Shown here piece after piece: positions 8,015 to 15,715 of a stretch of DNA of 32,000 nucleotides. The DNA is from an uncultured Candidatus Saccharibacteria bacterium (lineage in GTDB: Bacteria > Patescibacteriota > UBA1384 > XYA2-FULL-43-10 > 1-14-0-10-43-13), in assembly GCA_964543385.1 (NCBI GenBank), contig CAZIYE010000001.1, positions 210,001-242,000 of the forward strand. Direction: 5' to 3'. The notes under the pieces were generated by a model that worked only from the letters and a program-made list of their open reading frames with translations, was not told the DNA's origin and ran no database searches. Both the position numbers and the translations under genes were made by a program. Each line of letters opens with the position of its first letter. Position 1 is the first letter of the stretch.

Positions 8015-11000
8015 CTAATTTGCTTGAGTCGTTGCTGCAGGAGTGCTTGGCACAGTACTTTTAACCTGGGTTGTAATATCACTAGGAATATCTGCAGATT
8101 TAAGAATCGCATCAAAGAATGACTGTAGAGATGGATCCACTTTAGTAGTTTTCCCACTTTCGGCTACGGTAGTGAATGGATCTGAAGTCATTATATCTTT
8201 AGGTCTAGGGCACATATTATAGAAGGCGTCGCTAAGATTGGTATAACGCTTTACACAATTATATTCTTCACCATTTATAAAACGATACTCTTTTTGAACT
8301 GAACCATACCACTTGCCCTGAATAGTAGTCTTCATGACATCACCCATCACAGCAAGCATCTGTTCTGGAGTCTGACTACCTATTAATGTATATGGCTGAT
8401 GACCGCTCCAGAAATACCAATTCATAAACTCTGTTGTCGAAGGATTTCTCCCCAGCATCTCTTTATAGACAGCAAATATCTTAGCAGAGCGAGCTTTCTG
8501 TTGATCTGGCGTTAGCTTGACTGGTGGAATCTGATAAACCCTTATGGTCTTCAACAGTTTCTTGAGGCTATGAGCATAATATACTTCGCTCATATCATAG
8601 TTTTGCGTGCCTGATATCATCTTTGGTGTTGGAGGTGTCAACGGTCTCTTGTCATTGCCGCCAAGACTAACAGAGAATCCAGGTCCAGCCAGCTTAAATC
8701 CACCCTTTGCATTTTGACCGATGGACAACGGAATTGGTATAGGGCCGACAGGTACAAAACCACCTATCCCTAATCCCCCATCTTTGCCTATAGACAGGCT
8801 AACTCCGACTCCAGCTAGGCTTCCAATCGGCAAGCTAGCACCAGTGATCCCATTTTTGTCGAAACCAACACCTATATTCCCTAATCCTACAAGCTGGCCG
8901 ACATTCACGGAGCCGCTGACAGAACCATTTAATCCGATACTTATACCACCCATGGAATTGCCGCTAGAATCATTATATGCATAATTCATAGCCAGATTAC
9001 CCTTACTATCAAAGGCCATACCTAGATTGCCACCTGTGGTTATTTCTTTAGTACGAGCGACCTCTTTTGTTTGCTCTTCTCCAGTTGCTGGATCTATTAC
9101 TGCTTTACCATCAGCTCCAGTAACTAAAACCTTGTCAAAAACCTGCTTACCCTGACCGTCTAACACATTGACGGTCTTTACGTCAAATTTAGAGAGATCA
9201 ACGCTACCAGATACTACACCTCTTGTGTCGATCATTAATGAACCCGCCCCTGACATGATTTTCTCACCTAAAATATTTTTTGCTGAATTTGGCAATAATT
9301 TATCCAAAGGCAAAGGAATCTGGAATGATTTAGTATTAGCATTGTAAGAGAAAAGTTGCCCAAAGGCCTTGAATGATCCACCAACGCTCCCGTCTCTAGC
9401 TACCTGTATTGAGGTCATCTCAAAATACTTGCCGTCTTGGCCAAGCGAAATATAAGCATTACCATCTAATTTATTTAAATCAGCATAAACATTACCATTT
9501 CTGTCTGAAACTAAGCTGATTTTTTGTCCTGCAAATTCAACAGGTACATTTGCAGTATATTTCTGAGTAAATGGATCAAATGCAATATAACCAATTGACT
9601 CGAAACAACCATCTGATTGGGCACCACCAGCACATGCAACCTTTTTCTTTATCGAGGTAACATATTCCATATGACCAGTTGCAGTATTCATCGATACACC
9701 TGTTCGATAGGAAGTTTTCAAAATATCATTACTTTCGATCATATTGCTAACATATTCAGCAAACTCCAAAGTCTTGATAGTATCGGCGTTGCCCTTAGAT
9801 ACTGATTGTATACCTGCAACAGTCGATTTCATTGCATCTAGATTGAATGGAATAGTTGAAAGATATGAAGTTATAGCTCGCTGATCATCAATATTGTTTG
9901 GTCGCATTGCAGCTGCCATAAGCGAAGCACAGCTACCAACGCAATAACCATTGTTCTTGGATATATCCTCTGCTATTGCCTTAGAATTATCGTTTAAAAA
10001 TATAATTGTTTCTAAGCTAAAATATTTATCCGCTCCTGTTGCAGAAGCAGTAGCTATCAAAGTCTTCATTGCATCGGCTTGTGCTCTTGCAGAATCATCA
10101 ATCTGCGCCGTCTGATCTGCTGATAAATCCTTTTCATTTGCAGCAATGGTATTAGTTAAGAAATTCCATGCGGTAAGCAATGGATTTGCCACCCCGTCCC
10201 ATACACGAGCAAAAATATTTAAATCTTTTTCTGCCACACTGGCTGGCGTTTCTGGAACTCCAGCATTAGGGCCAACCGTATTAGTACTATCAGTTCTTTT
10301 TAAAGCAGCAATCTCTGGCTTTGCTAGTAGATCCATCACTATTTCCATATTTCTAGCAAATGGCTCCGCTAACTTCTGATCCTTATCGATCAAGTTTGCC
10401 TCATACATTGGTTGATTTAAAGCATTGTGGAGTATAGTTTCTGCTTCTGTATGATTGCTACTTGCCCAACTTACGCCATCTTTAGACCAAACAGTACCAT
10501 CCCATTTATATCCCAAATAATCCTCTGAAATTTGCTGGATCAATTCCTTATCAGATTTTACTTTTATAGCTTGGATATCAGGTTTAGCGAGTGTTATTTG
10601 AAGCTGTTTATTCAAAGCATCGGCATGATTGACAGCTGCCGGATTAGTCTTTGCTTGGTTATAAGCCGCCAGAGTTTCGTTACATTGATCATGAAGTAAA
10701 TTTTCAGCAGGTGTATGTTTGGCCCTATCCCAAGTGTCGCCGCTATCATTAACCCAAGCCCCGGTGACTTGCTTGCCATTTAGAGTCCAAACCTTGTCAG
10801 GGTTCCAGATATAACCCAAATAACCATCCGAGATGTCACTAACTACTTGGGCTGCTATTACAACTTTATTATTTGCGGAAGCGGCAACTGTCGCAGGCTT
10901 TACCATGATAGCATTTGCAGCTTTTATCTGCTTATCAAGTTCCAGAGCATTACTTTTAACAGGAGAGTCAACGGTTTGATTAGCAACATACAATGCCTGA

Positions 11001-11425
11001 TTTAATGCACTATGAAGTTCAATATCGGTTTGACTATGCCCTTCATTGGTCCAAACTTTGCCATTATTATCAACCCAGGCTCCCTTAACCTCTTTGCCGT
11101 TTATAGTCTGAGCTTGATTTGGATTCCACTTATAACCAAGCTTGGCTTGAGAAACAGTACTGATAGCATCAACTGTACTCATGGCTTGAAGCTTGTAGCT
11201 CCTACTTGCATCGGCTTTAGGAGCAGTAGTAGTCTGTATCGCAGGCAAAGCAGAGCTATCTGCACTAATCAAGTCCGTAAAGAAAAATACAAATCCACAA
11301 ACCAAAAACAGAATCGTTGATATAAGTAATATCAAGGCCTTTTTATCAATAGAGCTTTTACTTTTCATCTCCCTCCAAAACATTATTACAATTACATATA
11401 AAATTACATTAGAAACAATCGCCAA
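8015..11425 (-). CDS. Giant exported or surface protein with N-terminal repeats and a glycine-rich central region
   Basis: ORF of 1136 aa. The likely true start is the internal Met at about 11368 (MKSKSSIDKKALILLISTILFLVCGFVFFF...), followed by one TM. Three LGYxW...GAWV...H...LHxAxN repeats, a Gly-rich segment and a C-terminal segment with (V)YKEMLGRNPSTTEFMNWYFWSG. Confidence 0.85.
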   Translation of the reverse strand: MAIVSNVILYVIVIMFWREMKSKSSIDKKALILLISTILFLVCGFVFFFTDLISADSSALPAIQTTTAPKADASRSYKLQAMSTVDAISTVSQAKLGYKWNPNQAQTINGKEVKGAWVDNNGKVWTNEGHSQTDIELHSALNQALYVANQTVDSPVKSNALELDKQIKAANAIMVKPATVAASANNKVVIAAQVVSDISDGYLGYIWNPDKVWTLNGKQVTGAWVNDSGDTWDRAKHTPAENLLHDQCNETLAAYNQAKTNPAAVNHADALNKQLQITLAKPDIQAIKVKSDKELIQQISEDYLGYKWDGTVWSKDGVSWASSNHTEAETILHNALNQPMYEANLIDKDQKLAEPFARNMEIVMDLLAKPEIAALKRTDSTNTVGPNAGVPETPASVAEKDLNIFARVWDGVANPLLTAWNFLTNTIAANEKDLSADQTAQIDDSARAQADAMKTLIATASATGADKYFSLETIIFLNDNSKAIAEDISKNNGYCVGSCASLMAAAMRPNNIDDQRAITSYLSTIPFNLDAMKSTVAGIQSVSKGNADTIKTLEFAEYVSNMIESNDILKTSYRTGVSMNTATGHMEYVTSIKKKVACAGGAQSDGCFESIGYIAFDPFTQKYTANVPVEFAGQKISLVSDRNGNVYADLNKLDGNAYISLGQDGKYFEMTSIQVARDGSVGGSFKAFGQLFSYNANTKSFQIPLPLDKLLPNSAKNILGEKIMSGAGSLMIDTRGVVSGSVDLSKFDVKTVNVLDGQGKQVFDKVLVTGADGKAVIDPATGEEQTKEVARTKEITTGGNLGMAFDSKGNLAMNYAYNDSSGNSMGGISIGLNGSVSGSVNVGQLVGLGNIGVGFDKNGITGASLPIGSLAGVGVSLSIGKDGGLGIGGFVPVGPIPIPLSIGQNAKGGFKLAGPGFSVSLGGNDKRPLTPPTPKMISGTQNYDMSEVYYAHSLKKLLKTIRVYQIPPVKLTPDQQKARSAKIFAVYKEMLGRNPSTTEFMNWYFWSGHQPYTLIGSQTPEQMLAVMGDVMKTTIQGKWYGSVQKEYRFINGEEYNCVKRYTNLSDAFYNMCPRPKDIMTSDPFTTVAESGKTTKVDPSLQSFFDAILKSADIPSDITTQVKSTVPSTPAATTQAN

Positions 11426-11504
11426 TTCGATGACTAATTAATATTTTAGTGCTTTATATTTTGTCTGTCAAATTGTCCCAAAAAACAAAACTATAGAAAT
11501 AATA

Positions 11505-11882
11505 CTAGTATGGGAAGGGCCCTGGGATCTCCGGTCCCGACATTGGCGTCGCCTCTCCTTGTCTTTGTGGCCGACTGTTCTCAGGGATATCATTAGTAGC
11601 TTGATTTGATTGGCTATCTTGAGAATTGCTTTGATCTTGTTGCACGGTCGCAGAGCTATCTTCCTCCGGAGATTTTTCTGCCTCCGGCGTAGACTCTGGC
11701 GGCATTTCTTCTACGACTGGTACTGGCTGAGGAGATAATTTTTCCTCTTTAGGTTTTTTAATAAAAGAATATAAAGCAAAACCAGCGATAACGACTATCA
11801 CAGCCACTACTACAAAATTCATAATCATCCTCAAATTTCTTCTCTTCTCATCCATATGAATAACATACATTTTATTTACCAA
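11505..11882 (-). CDS. Small single-pass membrane protein with a Ser/Pro/Gln-rich tail
   Basis: MDEKRRNLRMIMNFVVVAVIVVIAGFALYSF followed by a low-complexity tail; start perhaps at the Met at 11855. Confidence 0.6.
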   Translation of the reverse strand: MVNKMYVIHMDEKRRNLRMIMNFVVVAVIVVIAGFALYSFIKKPKEEKLSPQPVPVVEEMPPESTPEAEKSPEEDSSATVQQDQSNSQDSQSNQATNDIPENSRPQRQGEATPMSGPEIPGPFPY

Positions 11883-11925
11883 TTCTGAAAGGTAACATGT
11901 TATAAAAATTAAAAAAGGATATATT

Positions 11926-12099
11926 GTGCCACCAAAATATATTTGTATTACGGATGACTTCTACACAGACAATAAAGCAGACGCAATGGATCATATAGAC
12001 ATGCATCCCCGCCATGAAATAGTAGAAATCGTCAGAGACAATCAGGGAACAATTGAGACAAGATTAATTAAAGTCGTCTCAGAGAAGAGTCTAGAATAG
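11926..12099 (+). CDS. Possible short ORF (57 aa, GTG start)
   Basis: AAAAAGGATATATT-GTG; hand translation VPPKYICITDDFYTDNKADAMDHIDMHPRHEIVEIVRDNQGTIETRLIKVVSEKSLE*. Fills a gap between genes. Confidence 0.4.
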   Translation: MPPKYICITDDFYTDNKADAMDHIDMHPRHEIVEIVRDNQGTIETRLIKVVSEKSLE

Positions 12100-12103
12100 A
12101 GCC

Positions 12104-12715
12104 TTATCTTTTTATTAATTGTATTAGGAAAAAGATAATTCCTGCGCCCAAAACAATGAAACCAAGGTATTCGATGGAAATCACAAGCATTAGAACAATT
12201 ACTGGCAAATATATTAAAAATAATAACAAAAATGCGCCTCTCTGATTATTTGAAAAAATCGCTAGAATAAATGATGCAAGGAGAGAAAGCACTGAGATTA
12301 AAATAATGAGTGGACTCGCCCCTAAAAGATTACGTTGCAGACAAATACTACTTTGAGTTGCCAGTTGGCAATAAATCATTAAGATACCTAACATGGAGTA
12401 TGTTACTAACACGATAATAATAATTAAACGACAATCACCCCTCCAGCAGGGGCCCAAAATACCACTAATAAATTTAACTGGAAAAACAAGATTAGAAAAA
12501 ACCCTACCATTTCTTTGATCATTGAATTTAACAACTCCCATAGCTTCATCTACTTTTTGTCTAACCTTTATACCTATATCAGAGACTAGCTCCTTCTCTA
12601 TTTCTTTCTCAATCTCTTCCTCAATCTTTTTATCAATATGCTCAGGCAATTTTTTTATTTTTTCGTCTATCTCGCTCTCAATTTTCTCTGATTTTTTTAT
12701 CTTGCGATGTGCCAT
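12104..12715 (-). CDS. Conserved-type membrane protein: charged coiled-coil N-terminus plus about four TMs
   Basis: ESEIDEKIKKLPEHIDKKIEEEIEKEIEKEL followed by hydrophobic segments; no recognised family. Confidence 0.65.
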   Translation of the reverse strand: MAHRKIKKSEKIESEIDEKIKKLPEHIDKKIEEEIEKEIEKELVSDIGIKVRQKVDEAMGVVKFNDQRNGRVFSNLVFPVKFISGILGPCWRGDCRLIIIIVLVTYSMLGILMIYCQLATQSSICLQRNLLGASPLIILISVLSLLASFILAIFSNNQRGAFLLLFLIYLPVIVLMLVISIEYLGFIVLGAGIIFFLIQLIKR

Positions 12716-12864
12716 GCTTCCCCATTATTTATATTGAACTCACATTACTACTTTTTAAAGCATCCCGTTTTGTTGCATTTATCAATTTTAGATATTTCAT
12801 ATTTTATAAATAGAGTTAAAAATGAGAAAAGAGGATTCAAAAAATATTAATTGAAAGGATTCTT

Positions 12865-13077
12865 ATGGCAAGAGACGTAGGAGGAATCGGACCAGCTAAT
12901 ATTATGAAACAAATGAAAGGAATCCATTTCCCTGCAACTAGAAGCGAAATAGTGGAATTAGTCAAAAATGGACCAGGACCAGATACAGATCAAGTTATTG
13001 GGATTGTCGAAAAATTACCTGAAAAAGAATACAAATCAGTAGCTGAAATTATGAAAGAAATAGGTAAAATCGAATAA
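12865..13077 (+). CDS. DUF2795 domain protein
   Basis: SD GAAAGGA; FPATRSEIVELVKNGPGPDTDQVIGIVEKLPEKEYKSVAEIMKEIGKI. Confidence 0.8.
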   Translation: MARDVGGIGPANIMKQMKGIHFPATRSEIVELVKNGPGPDTDQVIGIVEKLPEKEYKSVAEIMKEIGKIE

Positions 13078-13178
13078 TTGAGATAGTACGAATAAACATG
13101 AATAATCATCACCGCTATTTAGTGTTGCACTATTTTGTTGGATTTAATATTCTGTATCCTATATTAATATTGAGAATA

Positions 13179-13255
13179 CGGGGATTAGCGCAGCCTGGTA
13201 GCGCGCATCGTTCGGGACGATGAGGTCGTGAGTTCAAATCTCGCATCCCCGACCA
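13179..13255 (+). tRNA. tRNA-Pro (anticodon CGG)
   Basis: CGGGGATTAGCGCAGCCTGGTAGCGCGCATCGTTCGGGACGATGAGGTCGTGAGTTCAAATCTCGCATCCCCGACCA. Confidence 0.93.
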
Positions 13256-13256
13256 A

Positions 13257-13284
13257 TTGACAAAGATATAGGCTTTGTTAATAT
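13257..13284 (+). promoter_or_regulatory. Candidate promoter of attenuator unit 1
   Basis: TTGACA (13257-13262), 16-nt spacer, TAATAT (13279-13284), 7 nt before the ATG of micro-ORF 1. Confidence 0.5.
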
Positions 13285-13291
13285 TAAGCGT

Positions 13292-13354
13292 ATGAAGAAT
13301 TATCGGAATACTATTAACATTAATATAAATCACCCTTCGGCGGCGAATTATTAA
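13292..13354 (+). CDS. Candidate leader peptide 1 (20 aa), probably leaderless
   Basis: [20 protein letters not shown]. Starts at the predicted +1 and lies over an 11-bp inverted repeat TTAACATTAAT/ATTAATGTTAA. Confidence 0.4.
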   Translation: MKNYRNTINININHPSAANY

Positions 13355-13380
13355 TGTTAAAAAAATATTCGATAACATCA

Positions 13381-13400
13381 CCGCCTAAAGGGCGGTTTTT
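13381..13400 (+). terminator. Intrinsic terminator or attenuator, unit 1
   Basis: CCGCCtaaagGGCGGTTTTT. Confidence 0.75.
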
Positions 13401-13464
13401 GTTTTTAGATAGCTTGGATTAGGTGTTGCCAAATCTAGTCCAATACTGTCTAAGGAGACCGACA

Positions 13465-13797
13465 ATGATAATCCAGGGAATAATCCAAAACTTCCTGACC
13501 GAACGGGGAGCTTTTGGACAATTGTATCCTGAGCTACCATTTACAATTAACACTTGTGCCGGAACAATAAGTATTCCGGACAATCGACTACCGCTAGAGC
13601 AACGAAAATCCTACCTCCGTAGAGCAAACCTTTCAAGCAAACCTGTTCTCACCATCGAAGAAAATACGATTACAGTGAGAACAGATAAGTTGGAAATATC
13701 GCTTACCAGAGATAGTGATATTAGTTGGACTGGCACTATGACAGCCATAGATGCTCGCATTGAGAGCGATGGCGTAGTTGCCACGGAGACCGGCTAA
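13465..13797 (+). CDS. Hypothetical protein, orphan ORF 1
   Basis: Starts MIIQGIIQNFLTERGAFGQLYPELPF..., 110 aa; SD AAGGAG 7 nt upstream; base composition richer in GC than the flanks. Confidence 0.65.
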   Translation: MIIQGIIQNFLTERGAFGQLYPELPFTINTCAGTISIPDNRLPLEQRKSYLRRANLSSKPVLTIEENTITVRTDKLEISLTRDSDISWTGTMTAIDARIESDGVVATETG

Positions 13798-13837
13798 TGC
13801 CGGTCTCCAGACCAAATTTCGTTTAAAAGTTAAATTG

Positions 13838-13867
13838 TTGACAACAATATCAGTAAAGGACTATAAA
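13838..13867 (+). promoter_or_regulatory. Candidate promoter of attenuator unit 2
   Basis: TTGACA (13838-13843), 18-nt spacer, TATAAA (13862-13867), 7 nt before the ATG of micro-ORF 2. Confidence 0.6.
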
Positions 13868-13874
13868 TATATTA

Positions 13875-13937
13875 ATGAAACAAAATCATAAAAATCTCCT
13901 CCTCGTCCTCCTTATTAGCCCAACCCAGCGGTGGTGA
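13875..13937 (+). CDS. Candidate leader peptide 2 (20 aa), probably leaderless
   Basis: MKQNHKNLLLVLLISPTQRW*. Leu-rich and overlaps hairpin arms 13890-13902/13930-13942. Confidence 0.45.
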   Translation: MKQNHKNLLLVLLISPTQRW

Positions 13938-13985
13938 TTTTTCTTGATGTAAAATAAATAATATCGTTTAGCACTTCAAAATATC

Positions 13986-14005
13986 CCGCCGCAAGGCGGT
14001 TTTTT
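13986..14005 (+). terminator. Intrinsic terminator or attenuator, unit 2
   Basis: CCGCCgcaaGGCGGTTTTTT. Confidence 0.75.
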
Positions 14006-14063
14006 CGTATTGATCTTTGGAGCTTGGGTCATCCCAGGCTATCAAAGATCAAGGAGAATGCCG

Positions 14064-14438
14064 ATGGATTATATCCAGAATCCAGACGTCAACCTAGGAC
14101 TTGACTCTCGAAGATTGGAGTCAGGCTGGACTGTAGTATTGAGGGTTATCCCGAAAAGGAATGGCGGGGAGGTCTACGAAAGCCACGGAAATGGCACAAA
14201 CCTCAAGGAAGCAATCATCGACGCTGCCCGCCAAGCATTCGCGATTCCCGAAACCATAGTCATAGTTGAGGAGAGCTATCATAACAAAGTGCGCTGCCTT
14301 TTCTACAACTATGCCTCGACTGAATACACCGGCGAGTATCCATGGAGACTCGCTCTGGCATATTCAATGCTTTTCTATCTGTTGCATAAGCAGATGAAAA
14401 CAAAGGCCAAGAGCTTTAAAACAATTATCCTGGCCTAA
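14064..14438 (+). CDS. Hypothetical protein, orphan ORF 2
   Basis: Starts MDYIQNPDVNLGLDSRRLESGWTVVLRVIPKRNGGEVYES..., 124 aa; SD AAGGAG 7 nt upstream. Confidence 0.7.
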   Translation: MDYIQNPDVNLGLDSRRLESGWTVVLRVIPKRNGGEVYESHGNGTNLKEAIIDAARQAFAIPETIVIVEESYHNKVRCLFYNYASTEYTGEYPWRLALAYSMLFYLLHKQMKTKAKSFKTIILA

Positions 14439-14505
14439 TCTATTCCGTTGAATCATAGCAAGGCTATGATATGTAAATAATAGCGATCCTATTATTTACA
14501 CTCCG

Positions 14506-14538
14506 AGCACCCCGTCGCACAGCGGGGTGCTTCCTTTA
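14506..14538 (+). terminator. Intrinsic terminator after orphan ORF 2
   Basis: AGCACCCCGtcgcacagCGGGGTGCTtcctttatt, perfect 9-bp stem. Confidence 0.7.
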
Positions 14539-14820
14539 TTATAGGTTCTTTATTTTTTCCTGTGTCTTTACTGCTATTGTATGTAAAAATTCAAACAACT
14601 CCCCTGCTTCTGCCTCCGATAAACCAATTTTCCGAGCAAATTCTAACCTTTTTGCCAAAACATTTTTTTTCCTATCCGAATCAATTATCGGTAAAGCAAA
14701 ATTTTTCTTGAATTCCCCAATTTGGCTAGCAATTTCAATCCGCTCCAACAAAAGTTTGAGCATCTTCTCGTCAACTTCATCTATCCTGAGCCGCAACTCG
14801 CTTAATACTTTGTTTTCCAT
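14539..14820 (-). CDS. Chorismate mutase (AroQ/type II)
   Basis: LSELRLRIDEVDEKMLKLLLERIEIASQIGEFKKNFALPIIDSDRKKNVL pattern. Confidence 0.85.
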   Translation of the reverse strand: MENKVLSELRLRIDEVDEKMLKLLLERIEIASQIGEFKKNFALPIIDSDRKKNVLAKRLEFARKIGLSEAEAGELFEFLHTIAVKTQEKIKNL

Positions 14821-14920
14821 ATTTCTCCAATTTTAATTGATAACTAAATAATACTATTAAAATAGCGAGATTAAAAACAACTCCTTAATAAAGAAGCAAT
14901 TTATTGCTAAAATAGAATAT

Positions 14921-15715
14921 ATGAGAAAATATTTTCAGTATTTCGTCACTGTTCTCAAGGTTAATACAGCATACAAAGCTGACTATTTTTTGAGTTTAAT
15001 TTTAGATGCTGTGTTTTTCTTCATCTCATTTGCGCTCTGGAAGGCAATATTTCAGGAAGGTAATATCCAAACAATTGATACTTATTCATTAAGAGATACT
15101 GTTACTTACTTTTTTATAACCGCAATTCTTTTTCGACTCGATGTCTCCGGCTCCATGTACATGGGCAGCATGATTTGGAATGGATCTTTTACAAATGATT
15201 TAATTAAACCATGGAGAGTAACAGTTGTCACAATAATGGATGTCCTTGCTGAAAAATTTTTTACTATTCTGATGTTCATACCAGTCGCCATCCTAATATT
15301 TTTATCAGCTTATCAATACATTATTTTGCCAGAAATGCCAAACCTGCTAATGTTTTGTGTCTCTGTCATTTTGGCTTTTTTTATGATGATAACCTTCAAT
15401 TTGGTTATTCACGCTCTCACATTTCGTTTTGGTGACCAAGATGCTAATATTGAACTTTTTAACTACATAGCAATTTTTTTAGCAGGTGCAACATTTCCCC
15501 TTTCCTTCTTGCCAGATCGCATCTTTGCAATTTTTAATGCTCTCCCCTTCAAAAATATATTCTTCACTCCAATCCAAATTTTTCTAGGCAAAATGCCAAT
15601 AGACAAAATCTATAGCAGCTGGATAGAAACAATTATCTGGACTATTATTTTCTACCTGATATATAAAATTATTTATCAAAAAGGGTTAAAGCTTTACACA
15701 GGGACTGGGCGATGA
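14921..15715 (+). CDS. ABC-2 type transporter permease (DUF990-like)
   Basis: About six TMs; overlaps the next permease by 4 nt (ATGA). Confidence 0.85.
   Translation: MRKYFQYFVTVLKVNTAYKADYFLSLILDAVFFFISFALWKAIFQEGNIQTIDTYSLRDTVTYFFITAILFRLDVSGSMYMGSMIWNGSFTNDLIKPWRVTVVTIMDVLAEKFFTILMFIPVAILIFLSAYQYIILPEMPNLLMFCVSVILAFFMMITFNLVIHALTFRFGDQDANIELFNYIAIFLAGATFPLSFLPDRIFAIFNALPFKNIFFTPIQIFLGKMPIDKIYSSWIETIIWTIIFYLIYKIIYQKGLKLYTGTGR

Noticed and set aside
8721-11320. Plus-strand ORFs inside 8015-11425 (87, 62, 78 and 102 aa)
   Set aside because: Antisense to a continuous 1136-aa frame; low-complexity products and no start signals.
13130-13381. Minus-strand 83-aa ORF ([24 protein letters not shown]...)
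   Set aside because: It runs antisense through the whole of tRNA-Pro (13179-13255) and the leader region; no SD or protein features.
13292-13937. Trp-operon style leader reading of the micro-ORFs
   Set aside because: Micro-ORF 2 has a single Trp codon and micro-ORF 1 has none. The downstream genes are not tryptophan genes, so only generic attenuation is claimed.
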